Shown here: positions 31,856 through 41,804 of the stretch, piece by piece | Layout of the letters: every line of letters begins with the position of its first letter | Numbering within the stretch: position 1 is the stretch's first letter | Assembly: GCA_049431945.1 (NCBI GenBank) | Contig: JBMTDJ010000003.1 | Location: 494 to 64,493 of the forward strand | Direction: 5' to 3' | Origin: Candidatus Nanopelagicales bacterium | GTDB lineage: Bacteria; Actinomycetota; Actinomycetes; S36-B12 | DNA: 64,000 nt | The notes under the pieces: generated by a model | Seen by the model: the letters and a program-made list of their open reading frames with translations, nothing else | The model's database searches: none | What the model was told of the DNA's origin: nothing | Made by a program: the position numbers and the translations under genes

Positions 31856-32908
31856 TCACCGGATCTTTGGCTTGATGCCCTTATCCAGGAAGACGACCCA
31901 CTCCTGGCCGATCGCGAAGGGCATCGCCGAACCGTCGGGCAGCACGAAGCGAGTCCCGTCGGTCAGAGCAGGGCGCTCCCAGGTGACAGACCACATCCGG
32001 CCATCGCGCAGGACCAGGGCCGGACCACTCCCGACGGTCTGAATGAAGGGGGTGATCCCGCCGTACCTGTCCCCGTAGCCCGAGTCGGATTGCTCGACCG
32101 TCTGGATGACCACGGTGGCGGCGCGCTGGGGGCCACCCTCAGTCGACCTGGACTCCTCACCGTTGAGGCCCACGATGAAGTTGCCCGCCGATTCATCCCA
32201 CGTGAAGGACACCTCGGACGATGGCCATGTCATCGTCACCGACTCAACGGGAGTCCCCCCCGCCGGTGGCTCATCGGAGAAGGTGAAGCCGATGTCCCGC
32301 GCCACCGCCGCGTCTGGCGCGGCAGCCAGGAGGATCCTGGGATCGGCCATGTGGTCGACCGGAGAGGGTCGGCCCGGATCGTTCGTGAACGCCTCGTAGA
32401 TGCGCTCGGCGGAGACGTCGTAGAGGTTCGCTGCGGCGAGGACCGGGCGGAGCTTGGTCTGCATGCCGGAGTTGGAGAAGGCGATCTTGTCGAACGGAGC
32501 GAGGATGTCCAGATCGCTGATGCGCGCTGACCGCACCGGGCCGATGACGTCGGGGATGGTGGAGTTGTAGACCGCGATCAGCCGGGTGAGATCCCATTCG
32601 ACCTCGGTGACGTACACAAGATCAGCGGCCTGCAGCCCGGTGTGCGGCTGTGCCGCTCGCGTGTTGTCAATCTTGATGGCCAGGACAGGCTTGCCCTCGC
32701 CGCCCGGAAGGCCCGAGAAGGGCGAGGCGCCCGGCGGGATGCTGGGCGAAGTCGGCGTGGGCAGCGCCGAGGGACTGGCCGACGAGGGGGTCGCCGTGGG
32801 CGTCGGGCTCGCTGACTCGGATTGCGGCGCGGCCTCCTCGGCCCCGCCGCAGGCAGCGAGGACCACAGCGGAAAGAGCCAGACCGACGACCACGGGCATA
32901 CGACGCAT
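31856..32908 (-). CDS. DUF3048-like lipoprotein
   Basis: Lipobox (LAACGG), an S/P/T-rich linker, then PVLAIKIDN...QPHTGLQAADLVYVTEVE, which I recognise as DUF3048-type. Confidence 0.72.
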   Translation of the reverse strand: MRRMPVVVGLALSAVVLAACGGAEEAAPQSESASPTPTATPSSASPSALPTPTSPSIPPGASPFSGLPGGEGKPVLAIKIDNTRAAQPHTGLQAADLVYVTEVEWDLTRLIAVYNSTIPDVIGPVRSARISDLDILAPFDKIAFSNSGMQTKLRPVLAAANLYDVSAERIYEAFTNDPGRPSPVDHMADPRILLAAAPDAAVARDIGFTFSDEPPAGGTPVESVTMTWPSSEVSFTWDESAGNFIVGLNGEESRSTEGGPQRAATVVIQTVEQSDSGYGDRYGGITPFIQTVGSGPALVLRDGRMWSVTWERPALTDGTRFVLPDGSAMPFAIGQEWVVFLDKGIKPKIR

Positions 32909-32932
32909 AACCCCACGGTACGTCGGACCCGA

Positions 32933-33481
32933 TCAGCGCACGGACAGCCCGGGGGGCGGCGTGTCGTCCATCTCCACCGTGACGGGCCACGGGGTGCGGC
33001 CAGCGAGTCGAAGCCAGCGGACGAGGCGCTGCTTGCGCACTTGGCGACAGGCCCGAACCGCATCGTTGTGGAATCGTCGAGACAGCTGCACGCGGACGCA
33101 TGCCTGGCGCAGATCCTCGAGCATCCCGGGATCGGGCGATTCCTCACGCAGAACCTCGGCATCCTGCGGATCCGGGATCGCCGCGACGAGAACCCGTGTG
33201 AGGTCGCTTTCGGCCAGGCCGCGAACGATCACGTCGCCATCGGCGGAAGCCCGGGCCGCGTGGGCCGAGTCAGCGAGCACTACCGCAGTCGCCGGATCGA
33301 AGAGCGAGGATGATGCGATCTCCAGGCAGAGCGCAGAACGCTGGAGGAGTTGCGTGTCGAGTGCCTGACGGGACGTGTCGATCCGCCGATGCAGGCGATC
33401 AAGCCGACCCGCGGTCATGCTCAGGTAGAGGCCGACCAGGACGACGAGAACCCCGGCGAATACCCACCACCACATTGACAT
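32933..33481 (-). CDS. Hypothetical single-pass membrane protein
   Basis: N-terminal TM helix (WWWVFAGVLVVLVGLYL) followed by a helical domain. Overlaps the pimA stop by 1 nt. No family recognised with confidence. Confidence 0.5.
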   Translation of the reverse strand: MSMWWWVFAGVLVVLVGLYLSMTAGRLDRLHRRIDTSRQALDTQLLQRSALCLEIASSSLFDPATAVVLADSAHAARASADGDVIVRGLAESDLTRVLVAAIPDPQDAEVLREESPDPGMLEDLRQACVRVQLSRRFHNDAVRACRQVRKQRLVRWLRLAGRTPWPVTVEMDDTPPPGLSVR

Positions 33482-34656
33482 CAGCGGGACCGGCCTTCGG
33501 GGCGGCGCCGCGCGAGACGGCCCACGATCTGACCTCGCAGGTCCTCGTGGACGCCTCGCTGACCAGCGGTCACGCTGGCATAGACGTCGAGTAGGTCCCC
33601 GGCCACGGTTGTCCAGTCGTACGCGGTTGCCCTGCGACGTCCAGCCTCCGCCAGGTGCTCACGCGCGCTCGCATCGTCCAGGAGGGCATTGACGGACGCG
33701 GCCAGCGCTTCAGGGTCCCCCATGGGGAACATCATCCCGCAGCGTCCCCCGTCGAGGACCCGCGCGAAGGCGTCGAGATCGCTGGCGACGACAGGGGCTC
33801 CCGCTGCCATGGCCTCGAGCAGCACGATGCCGAAGGACTCTCCGCCCGTATTCGGTGCGACGTAGATGTCCAAAGACGCCAGCGCCGCAGCCTTGTCGGA
33901 TTCGCTGAGAAGCCCGAGGCAGGTTATGGACGGCACATACTCGTCGGCCACGCTGGCGAGGATCTCGTCGCCGTCGCCGGGCCCCATGAGCACGAGCCTC
34001 GCCTCCGGATGCCTTGCACGTATGCCAGGCCATGCATCCAGTAGGACGGGCAACCCCTTGCGGGGCTCGTCCATTCGACCGAGGAATCCCACAGCGGGCC
34101 CGGGCCACGGACGCAGGGGAACGGCGTCGGCGAACGGCGCGATGCGCACGCCATTGGGGATGAGCACCGCGTCCGCGCCAAGATGGTCGACGATGGTGCG
34201 CCGCGCGTACTCGCTGACGGCGATGAGGGCGGAGATCTTCTCGAGAGCGGTCTGCGCGAGGTAGTAGCCGGTTACCAGCACTCGGGAGCGCTCGATGGAT
34301 GAATGCACGGTCGCCACGATCGGACCACGTGCAGCCCAGCACGCAAGCACCCCGAGCGAGGGAGCAAGCGGCTCATGGACGTGGAGGACGTCGAAATTGC
34401 CCTCGCGGATCCACCGCCGAACCCGCGCCGTCGCTTTGACGCCGAAGGTGAGGCGAGCCACGGAGCCGTTGTAGGGGACCGCGCGCGGCCGACCGCCGTC
34501 GACCGCGTAGATCGGCAAGGCCGCGGGATTTTCGACGGGCGTGATCACGCTCACGTCGTGGCCAAGGCCGATGAGAGTCTCCGCCTGATCGCGCACGTGC
34601 GCCTGGACTCCCCCTGGCACATCCCACGCGTATGGGCAGACGATCCCGATCCTCAC
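33481..34656 (-). CDS. pimA: GT4 glycosyltransferase, likely phosphatidylinositol alpha-mannosyltransferase PimA
   Basis: GT-B/GT4 motifs (MRIGIVCPYAWDVPGGVQ, EPRKG, GGESFGIVLLEAMAAG). Synteny with the acyltransferase and pgsA matches Mtb Rv2610c-2612c. Confidence 0.85.
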   Translation of the reverse strand: MRIGIVCPYAWDVPGGVQAHVRDQAETLIGLGHDVSVITPVENPAALPIYAVDGGRPRAVPYNGSVARLTFGVKATARVRRWIREGNFDVLHVHEPLAPSLGVLACWAARGPIVATVHSSIERSRVLVTGYYLAQTALEKISALIAVSEYARRTIVDHLGADAVLIPNGVRIAPFADAVPLRPWPGPAVGFLGRMDEPRKGLPVLLDAWPGIRARHPEARLVLMGPGDGDEILASVADEYVPSITCLGLLSESDKAAALASLDIYVAPNTGGESFGIVLLEAMAAGAPVVASDLDAFARVLDGGRCGMMFPMGDPEALAASVNALLDDASAREHLAEAGRRRATAYDWTTVAGDLLDVYASVTAGQRGVHEDLRGQIVGRLARRRPEGRSR

Positions 34657-35555
34657 GACGGATCCCGACGCGTGACGTCAGCATGGAAGAGCGGCTGCAT
34701 CATGTGCCAGTCCACAGGATGCGCGCGGATGGACGCTGCGAACCCATCGGCCATGGACTGCGTCAGCGCAGCGACGGTCTCGGCTCGATCCAGCCCCTCC
34801 GGATGCACGAGGGGATCACCGACCCTCGCACGCAGTCCCTCGTCGACGTGCCACAGTCTGACGTTCATGATCGGCGCACCGGTGATGGTGGAGAGCAGCG
34901 CGGGACCGCCAGGCATCGAGGCAGTCTCGCCGAAGAAGTCCACAGGCACACCACTCCCCGAAAGGTCGCGGTCGGCAACCAGGCAGACCAGCTTTCCCTC
35001 CCGTAGTCGCCGGACCAACGTCCGGAAGCTCTCCGCGTCACCGTGCGGAAGCACCTCCATGCCGAGGGACTCGCGGTAGGCCACGAACTTGTCGTAGAGC
35101 CCCTCCGGCTTCAATCTCTCGGCGACCGTGACGAGGCTGCCGTAGCGATCGCAGGCCCAGGCGCCGGCAAGATCCCAATTGCCGCTGTGCGAAGTGACCA
35201 TGATCGCCCCGGCCCCCGCGTCGACGGCGGCGTCGAGTTGGTCGAGACCGTGCTCGAGCGTGAATCTCTCTCTGACCTGCTCGGCAGACCACGCGGGGAG
35301 CCGGAACGCCTCACTCCAATACCGCAGATACCTGCGCATGCCCTCGCGTGTAGCCGCGTCCAGCCCCGCGGAGCGAGCGTCCGGCACCACCCGAGCGAGA
35401 TTCGCCCGCAATTGACGCACTCCACGCCCATCCCTGCGGTACGCCCTCTCGGCTAGGGCGTCGAATACACGGTTGACGGCCGGCTCGGGCATCCTCTTGA
35501 CCGCCGACCACCCGACGCCGAAGCCGAGATCCACCAGGGAGTCGGACAGGCTCAC
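34653..35555 (-). CDS. Phosphatidylinositol mannoside acyltransferase (LpxL/HtrB-like LPLAT family)
   Basis: HSGNWD acyltransferase motif. Lies between pimA and pgsA, like Mtb Rv2611c. Confidence 0.8.
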   Translation of the reverse strand: MSLSDSLVDLGFGVGWSAVKRMPEPAVNRVFDALAERAYRRDGRGVRQLRANLARVVPDARSAGLDAATREGMRRYLRYWSEAFRLPAWSAEQVRERFTLEHGLDQLDAAVDAGAGAIMVTSHSGNWDLAGAWACDRYGSLVTVAERLKPEGLYDKFVAYRESLGMEVLPHGDAESFRTLVRRLREGKLVCLVADRDLSGSGVPVDFFGETASMPGGPALLSTITGAPIMNVRLWHVDEGLRARVGDPLVHPEGLDRAETVAALTQSMADGFAASIRAHPVDWHMMQPLFHADVTRRDPS

Positions 35556-36172
35556 CGAGGCTCCCCTCCTGAGCCCTTGAGTTGGCGGCGCACCGCCACG
35601 ATTCGCTGGACGACCGTGACGACACTCAGCACGGCCAGGGCTCCGAGGGCGATGGGGAGCACATAGGGAACTCCGAGCCCCGCGAGAAGGGCGGCGAGAA
35701 GAACGACAATGAGCCTTTCCGCGCGCTCGGCGATGCCCACATTGGCCGTGGCTCCCACAGCCTCAGCGCGCGCCTTGGCATAGGAGATGACCTGACCCCC
35801 CACCAGGCACGTGAGGGCGGCCGCGGTCGTCCACGCGTTCCCGGTGGCTGCCGCCCAAAGGACGAGGGCCCCAAAGACACAGCCGTCGGCAATGCGATCG
35901 AGGGTGGCGTCGAGGAAGTTCCCCCATGGTCCCGCGCGCCCGGAAAGTCTCGCCATGGTGCCGTCGAGGAGGTCGGCGATCACCGAGGCGGCGATGATGA
36001 TGACACCCGGCACGAAATCGCCCCCGGGGAAGAAGACGAGCGCGGCGGTGCAGGTGATGAGGGTGCCGACGACGGTGACGGCATCCGGTGAGACGTGGAG
36101 TTTGAGCAGCACCCGGGCGATCGGCTCCAGGACGGCCGTCGAAAGCTTGCGCGCCGCCGGATTGTTGAGCAC
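35552..36172 (-). CDS. pgsA: CDP-alcohol phosphatidyltransferase, likely phosphatidylinositol-phosphate synthase
   Basis: D(x)2DG(x)2AR...G(x)3D(x)3D motif (ADLLDGTMARLSGRAGPWGNFLDATLDRIAD). I chose GTG 36172 (GGAG 5 nt upstream). Alternatives are 36178, 36250, 36268 and the longest ORF at 36421. Confidence 0.82.
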   Translation of the reverse strand: MLNNPAARKLSTAVLEPIARVLLKLHVSPDAVTVVGTLITCTAALVFFPGGDFVPGVIIIAASVIADLLDGTMARLSGRAGPWGNFLDATLDRIADGCVFGALVLWAAATGNAWTTAAALTCLVGGQVISYAKARAEAVGATANVGIAERAERLIVVLLAALLAGLGVPYVLPIALGALAVLSVVTVVQRIVAVRRQLKGSGGEPR

Positions 36173-36361
36173 GACCACTCCTCGACCATGGGGTCCCCAC
36201 GGCGTCTTCGCCGACAAGGCGGCGCGTGCCGGTCGATCCGGCAGGCCCATCGTAGGGCTCGCGTCCATCGTACGGCGCAGACCGGAGAGTCCGAAGTCCC
36301 TTGCGTCGCAGACGGAATGAGAGAAGGGTCGGGGGATCACCATCCGGCGCGAGGAGGCACC

Positions 36362-38470
36362 GTGGCCACGACCACCGATCCCGCACGAATTCGCAATGTC
36401 GCGCTCGTCGGCCCCAGTCACGCGGGCAAGACCATGCTCATCGAGCGACTCGCTCTCGCGACCGGAGCGATCAATCGTCTGGGTGCAGTCGAAGACGGCA
36501 CCACGTTGTCAGACCTTGATGACGCGGAGCGGCGCCAGCAGCGATCGGTGACCTTGAGCCTCGTGCAACTGGACTGGAACGGCATCCGACTTAACCTCCT
36601 CGACACACCCGGATATGCCGACTTCGTCGGCGAGGTGCGGGCAGGCTTACGCGCGGCAGATGCCGCGCTCTTCGTCGTCTCGGCGACCGATGATGTCGAT
36701 GCTGCCACCGCCATGCTCTGGGATGAGTGTGCAGCCGTGGGGATGCCTCGAGCGATCGTCGTCTCGAAGGCCGACCGCGAGCGCGCCGACGTCGAAGCCA
36801 CCGTCGAGTCGTGCCGGCAGATGTTCGGAGAGGGCGCGGGGATCCACCCGCTGTACATTCCGCTGCACGCGGACGACGGACATGTCGCTGGCCTCATCGG
36901 CCTGCTGTCGCAGTCGATCCGCGACTACTCCACAGGGTCCAGGGTCCATCGCGATCCGGAACCGCAGCACCTCGACCTGATCTCCGACGCCCGTGCCGGT
37001 CTGCTCGAAGGGATCATCACCGAGTCCGAGGACGAAGACCTCATGGAGCGATTCCTCAGCGGACAGGAGATCGCCTTCGAATCGGTTGTCGCAGACCTCG
37101 AGAAGGCGGTCGCACGCGGGCACTTCTTCCCGGTCCTTGTCACTGCCGCAACGCCGAGTGGCTTTGGCATGGACGAACTGCTCGAGGTGCTGACGCGGGG
37201 CTTCCCGTCACCGCTTGAGCACCCGCTGCCCACCGTCTCGGGGCCTGATGGCACGCCTCGCGCGCCTCTCGAATGCGATCCAGACGGTCCCCTCTGCGCC
37301 GAGGTTGTGCAGACGTCGTCGGACTCCTACGTCGGGAGGATCTCCCTGGTCCGCGTGTTCTCGGGAACCCTCACGCCTGATGTGACACTGCACGTGTCGG
37401 GGCACTTCCTGACCGTTCGAGGGCACGAGGACCACGACGTCGACGAGCGCATGGGCGGGATCAGCATGCGCGCAGGCAAAGCGCTCAAGCCCTTGCAGGG
37501 ACTCGGCGCCGGTGAACTGGGGCTCGTGACCAAGCTTCCCCACGCGGAGACCGGTGACACGCTCTCGTCGCCTGAGTTGCCGCTGCTCATCGAACCCTGG
37601 ACGATGCCCGATCCCCTGCTCCCGGTCGCGATCACCGCCCATACGGCATCCGACGAGGACAAGCTCACCTCGGCGCTCAGTCGCCTGGTGGCCGAGGATC
37701 CGACACTGCGCCTCGAACGCAATCCGGACACGGGGCAGATCGTGCTCTGGTGCATGGGCGAAGCACATGTGGATGTCGTCCTCGACCGACTCGCGACGCG
37801 GTATGGCGTGAGCGTTGATAGCGAGCCGGTTCGCGTCTCGCTTCGCGAGACCTTCGCCTCGAGCGCCACGGGCCACGGCAGGCTCGTCAAGCAGTCAGGT
37901 GGCCACGGGCAGTACGCCGTGTGCGACATCGAGGTCACCCCACTCCCGCCCGGCTCCGGTTTCGAGTTCGAGGACAGGGTCGTTGGGGGTGCCGTGCCCC
38001 GACAGTTCATCCCGTCCGTGGAGAAGGGGGTCCGCGCCCAAATGGCCAAGGGTGTCAGTGCCGGCTATCCCCTCGTCGACATTCGCGTGACACTCCTTGA
38101 CGGCAAGTCCCACTCCGTCGATTCATCCGACATGGCCTTCCAGACGGCAGGAGGCCTCGCCCTGCGGGACGCCGCCGAGAGGGCGGGCATCGCGCTGCTG
38201 GAACCGATCGACGAACTCACCATCGTCGTGCCTGACGACCATGTCGGCGCAGTGATGTCAGATCTCTCGGCGCGACGCGGCCGGGTCACCGGCTCTGCTG
38301 GGGTGGCCGGGGGCCGAACGCAAATCACCGCCGAGGTTCCCGGGCTCGAACTCACCCGCTACGCGATCGAGTTGCGGAGCATCGCGCATGGCACCGGGAC
38401 CTTCACACGCCGCTACCACGGGCATGAGCCCATGCCGAGTTACGCCGCGGAGGGCTTGACCGTCGACTAG
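36362..38470 (+). CDS. Elongation factor G-like GTPase (EF-G2-type paralogue)
   Basis: G1 GPSHAGKT, G3 DTPG, G4 as SKAD, and EF-G domains II-V. GTG 36362 is preceded by GAGGAGG; the upstream part of the 791-aa ORF is an Arg-rich artefact. Confidence 0.85.
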   Translation: MATTTDPARIRNVALVGPSHAGKTMLIERLALATGAINRLGAVEDGTTLSDLDDAERRQQRSVTLSLVQLDWNGIRLNLLDTPGYADFVGEVRAGLRAADAALFVVSATDDVDAATAMLWDECAAVGMPRAIVVSKADRERADVEATVESCRQMFGEGAGIHPLYIPLHADDGHVAGLIGLLSQSIRDYSTGSRVHRDPEPQHLDLISDARAGLLEGIITESEDEDLMERFLSGQEIAFESVVADLEKAVARGHFFPVLVTAATPSGFGMDELLEVLTRGFPSPLEHPLPTVSGPDGTPRAPLECDPDGPLCAEVVQTSSDSYVGRISLVRVFSGTLTPDVTLHVSGHFLTVRGHEDHDVDERMGGISMRAGKALKPLQGLGAGELGLVTKLPHAETGDTLSSPELPLLIEPWTMPDPLLPVAITAHTASDEDKLTSALSRLVAEDPTLRLERNPDTGQIVLWCMGEAHVDVVLDRLATRYGVSVDSEPVRVSLRETFASSATGHGRLVKQSGGHGQYAVCDIEVTPLPPGSGFEFEDRVVGGAVPRQFIPSVEKGVRAQMAKGVSAGYPLVDIRVTLLDGKSHSVDSSDMAFQTAGGLALRDAAERAGIALLEPIDELTIVVPDDHVGAVMSDLSARRGRVTGSAGVAGGRTQITAEVPGLELTRYAIELRSIAHGTGTFTRRYHGHEPMPSYAAEGLTVD

Positions 38471-38919
38471 ACCGCCGACGGCCATGGGGCACCGGCACGG
38501 CCCGTTTCGCGGGCCCGGAGGTCTGCGTCGTCGGGGCCGGTATGCCGCAGCACCCACTCCTGGGCTTCGAGCGGCAAGTACCTGTGCTCCGACCCTCGGA
38601 TGAGCATGACATCGCCGGGGATCACCTCCACCGTCGCTATCCCGTCGGCGAGGACGACCTGCAGGATGCCGCGACCACTCCGGGCGAAGTGAGCCTCGTG
38701 AACGGCGTTGACATGCCACGCACCCATGCCGGTGTGCTCCTCGCCCGGTGCCGGAGGCTCCGCCACGACGACCGCGCGCACCTGGAACTCGCCTGGCCGG
38801 AGAACCTCGCCGAGCACCTCTGCCGGCGCATCGTCTCCCGGCGCGTGCACGAAGCTCACCCCGACCTCGGCCAACGCCGCCTCAAGATCGATACCGCCGG
38901 GTCCGCTGATGATCGCCAC
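38467..38919 (-). CDS. Hypothetical protein, possibly cupin-like
   Basis: 150 aa with normal composition. Starts 12 nt after the HIT gene stop. The beta-rich C-terminal half (VEVIPGDVMLIRGSEHRY) is cupin-like, but no firm motif match. Confidence 0.55.
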   Translation of the reverse strand: MAIISGPGGIDLEAALAEVGVSFVHAPGDDAPAEVLGEVLRPGEFQVRAVVVAEPPAPGEEHTGMGAWHVNAVHEAHFARSGRGILQVVLADGIATVEVIPGDVMLIRGSEHRYLPLEAQEWVLRHTGPDDADLRARETGRAGAPWPSAV

Positions 38920-38931
38920 CGTCGCCTCCTG

Positions 38932-39483
38932 TCAGCCCGCGCTGTCCCACGCCTCGGCGAGCAGCCTGCGAGTCTCCGCAAGGAGTTGCGGCATCGGCTT
39001 CGTGTGTCCCACGACCGGCATGAAGTTGGTGTCTCCCCCCCAGCGTGGCACGACATGCTGATGGAGGTGCCCGGCGATGCCGGCTCCGCCCACCTTGCCC
39101 TGGTTCATGCCGATGTTGAAGCCCTGCGCGCGAGAAACCTCGCGCAGCACGGCCATCGAGCGCTGGGTGAGCTCAGCGATCTCGGCAACCTCATCGGGCT
39201 CGAGCTCGGTGTAGTCGGCCACGTGCCGGTAGGGACACACGAGAAGGTGTCCAGAGTTGTAGGGATAGAGGTTCATGACGACGTACGCCTTGTTGCCGCG
39301 CGCGACGACGAGACCGTCGTCCTCAGTCATGCCAGGGGCGCGGCAGAAGGGGCACTCCTCCCCTGGTCCGTCGTGTGCGGGCCGACCCTCTCCGCGCAGA
39401 TAGGCCTCCCGGTGAGGTGCCCAGATGCGCTGCCAGCGGTCGATCATCCCGCCGTGGTCGAGGGGCAACTCGCTCTCGCTCAT
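38932..39483 (-). CDS. HIT-family nucleotide hydrolase/phosphorylase
   Basis: Histidine triad [11 protein letters not shown]. Immediately downstream of thrS, like Mtb Rv2613c. Confidence 0.9.
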   Translation of the reverse strand: MSESELPLDHGGMIDRWQRIWAPHREAYLRGEGRPAHDGPGEECPFCRAPGMTEDDGLVVARGNKAYVVMNLYPYNSGHLLVCPYRHVADYTELEPDEVAEIAELTQRSMAVLREVSRAQGFNIGMNQGKVGGAGIAGHLHQHVVPRWGGDTNFMPVVGHTKPMPQLLAETRRLLAEAWDSAG

Positions 39484-41501
39484 GCTGGCGCGCTCTCCAC
39501 CTGCCGGCGCTCACGGACCGCCCCGAGGATCTCCGCAACGGCGTCATCGATGGCGACGCCGTTGCGCTGTGTTCCGTCGCGGTAGCGGAACGAGACGGCC
39601 CCGGCGGCCATGTCGTCGTCACCGGCGATGAGCATGTAGGGCACCTTGGACTTCTGCGCTGTGCGGATCTTCTTCTGCATCCGATCATCGGCGTCGTCCA
39701 CCTCGATGCGGATGCCGTGCTCACGCAGTCGCGCCGCTACGTCGTAGAGGTAGTCGACATGGGCGTCGGAAACCGGAATCGCCACGACCTGCACCGGCGC
39801 GAGCCAGGGAGGGAACGCTCCGGCGTAGTGCTCAAGCAGTACGGCGAAGAAGCGCTCGATCGAACCGAAAAGGGCACGGTGGATCATCACCGGCCGCTGG
39901 CGCGTGCCATCGGGTGCGGCGTACTCGAGGTCGAAGCGCTCGGGCAGGTTGAAGTCCAGCTGGATCGTGGACATCTGCCAGGTGCGGCCGATCGCGTCCT
40001 TGGCCTGCACCGAGATCTTGGGGCCGTAGAACGCCGCACCACCCTCGTCGAGCACGAGTTCCAGCCCCTGCTTCTCGGCAGCCTGGCGCAGGACCTCTGT
40101 AGCTTCGGCCCAGACCTCGTCGGATCCGACGGACTTGTCGGGATCACGCGTGGACAACTCGAGATAGAAGTCCTCGAGTCCGTAATCGCGAAGCAGGTCG
40201 AGGACGAAGGTGAGCAGCGCGTCGAGTTCGTCGGCCATCTGCTCGCGCGTGCAGTAGATGTGCGCGTCGTCCTGCGTGAATCCGCGCGCGCGCGTCATGC
40301 CCTGGACGACACCGGACTTCTCGTAGCGGTAGACGGTGCCGAATTCGAACAGCCGCAGGGGTAGCTCCCGATACGAGCGACCTCGTGCGTCGAAGATGAG
40401 GTTGTGCATGGGGCAGTTCATGGGCTTCATGTAGTAGTCGACGCCCTGGCGGCGGACATTGCCCTCGGCATCGACCTCCGCGTCGAGGTGCATGGGCGGG
40501 TACATCCCCTCGGCGTACCAGTCCAGGTGCCCTGACTTCTCGAAGAGCGCGGCCTTGGTCACGTGCGGGGTGTTGACGAACTCGTAGCCGGCCTCTTCGT
40601 GCCGCTTGCGCGAGTAGTCCTCCATCACGCGGCGCACGACGCCGCCCTTGGGGTGGAAGACCGCGAGCCCGGACCCGATCTCCTCCGGGAAGCTGAAGAG
40701 ATCCAACTCGGCGCCGAGTTTGCGGTGATCGCGCTTCTCAGCCTCCTCGAGGAAGGTCAGGTAGGCCTGCAACTGCTCCTTGTCGGGCCACGCGGTGCCG
40801 TAGACGCGCTGGAGCTGCTCATTCGCCTGATCGCCCAGCCAATAGGCGGCTGCGGTGCGCATGAGCTTGAACGCATTCGGAGGGATGTAGCGGGTGTCGG
40901 GCACATGGGGCCCGCGGCAGAGGTCGCCCCAGCAGGTGGCTCCATCCTTGGCCTGGACGTTGTCGTAGATGGTGAGTTCGTTTCCGCCCACCTCCATGAC
41001 GTCGGCCCCACCCTCGCTGCCGATCAAGCGCAGTTTGAAGGGCTCGCCCGCCAGCTCATGTCGCGCCTCCGCCTCGGTGACGACGCGACGGGAGAAGCGC
41101 TGACCGGACTTCACGATCTGCTGCATGCGCTTCTCGAGGGCCTTGAGGTCCTCGGGCGTGAACGGGGTCTCGACCGAGAAGTCGTAGTAGAAGCCATCCT
41201 TGACCGGCGGGCCGATGCCGAGCTTGGCCTCGGGGAAAGTGTCCTGCACCGCCTGGGCTAGGACGTGCGCGGTGGAGTGACGCAGGACCGCCAGGCCCTC
41301 GGGTGAATCGACGCTCACCGCCTCGACGACGTCGCCTTCGCTCACCGTCGTGGCCAGGTCCCGAAGTTCGCCGTTGATGCGGGCAACGACCACGGAACGA
41401 TCGCCTCCGACAACGTCCATGGCCGTCGTACCCTCGGGGACCGAACTGGTGCGCTCGCCCTCGGGCGTGATGACACGGACCGCCAATTCCGACACGTTCA
41501 T
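39480..41501 (-). CDS. thrS: Threonine--tRNA ligase
   Basis: 673 aa with TGS, editing ([10 protein letters not shown]) and class II core ([23 protein letters not shown]) plus an anticodon-binding domain. Confidence 0.97.
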   Translation of the reverse strand: MNVSELAVRVITPEGERTSSVPEGTTAMDVVGGDRSVVVARINGELRDLATTVSEGDVVEAVSVDSPEGLAVLRHSTAHVLAQAVQDTFPEAKLGIGPPVKDGFYYDFSVETPFTPEDLKALEKRMQQIVKSGQRFSRRVVTEAEARHELAGEPFKLRLIGSEGGADVMEVGGNELTIYDNVQAKDGATCWGDLCRGPHVPDTRYIPPNAFKLMRTAAAYWLGDQANEQLQRVYGTAWPDKEQLQAYLTFLEEAEKRDHRKLGAELDLFSFPEEIGSGLAVFHPKGGVVRRVMEDYSRKRHEEAGYEFVNTPHVTKAALFEKSGHLDWYAEGMYPPMHLDAEVDAEGNVRRQGVDYYMKPMNCPMHNLIFDARGRSYRELPLRLFEFGTVYRYEKSGVVQGMTRARGFTQDDAHIYCTREQMADELDALLTFVLDLLRDYGLEDFYLELSTRDPDKSVGSDEVWAEATEVLRQAAEKQGLELVLDEGGAAFYGPKISVQAKDAIGRTWQMSTIQLDFNLPERFDLEYAAPDGTRQRPVMIHRALFGSIERFFAVLLEHYAGAFPPWLAPVQVVAIPVSDAHVDYLYDVAARLREHGIRIEVDDADDRMQKKIRTAQKSKVPYMLIAGDDDMAAGAVSFRYRDGTQRNGVAIDDAVAEILGAVRERRQVESAPA

Positions 41502-41611
41502 CCTCTCGGCCTGCCCGCCCGATATCCCAACCCGCCAACAGTATCGTCACGGGCAGCAGTTGCCTGGATGCAGCCGACGACCGACGTCGTCTTTCCCGTG
41601 TGGGTTGCCAT
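41498..41611 (-). CDS. Candidate Thr-rich upstream mini-ORF overlapping the thrS start (ATGA)
   Basis: Hand translation gives [37 protein letters not shown]. Its stop TGA (41500-41498) overlaps the thrS ATG (41501-41499). GC3 is only about 64%, with no clear SD. It is mutually exclusive with the plus-strand mini-ORF. Confidence 0.2.
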   Translation of the reverse strand: MATHTGKTTSVVGCIQATAARDDTVGGLGYRAGRPRG

Positions 41612-41678
41612 CGTGAGCGTCTACCTGCTCATCACGACGCCGGGCGGCAAGGCCTTGGAGGCACGGGCCGGGCTGTGA
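41568..41678 (+). CDS. Candidate 36-aa hydrophobic mini-protein
   Basis: [36 protein letters not shown]. By hand count GC3 is 32/35, GC1 24/35 and GC2 17/35, a coding-like gradient. It has one TM-like helix, no obvious SD, and is below the ORF-track size cut-off. Confidence 0.3.
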   Translation: MQPTTDVVFPVWVAIVSVYLLITTPGGKALEARAGL

Positions 41679-41681
41679 CGG

Positions 41682-41753
<72 letters not shown>

Positions 41754-41804
41754 GTCGGGACGCATTCCCCTTCGGATCCGAGGCGTGAGACTACCGCACG
41801 GCCC

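Noticed and set aside
36247-36280. Two copies of CCATCGTA spaced about 18 nt apart in the pgsA / EF-G2 divergent region
   Set aside because: The 8-mers are short and may fall inside the pgsA 5' region, depending on the true start. There is no supporting promoter or operator context.
41502-41681. T-box riboswitch or tRNA-mimic operator in the thrS leader
   Set aside because: The spacer is only 180 nt. I could not find a T-box consensus or a specifier-loop architecture. Any E. coli-style operator mimic cannot be judged by eye.
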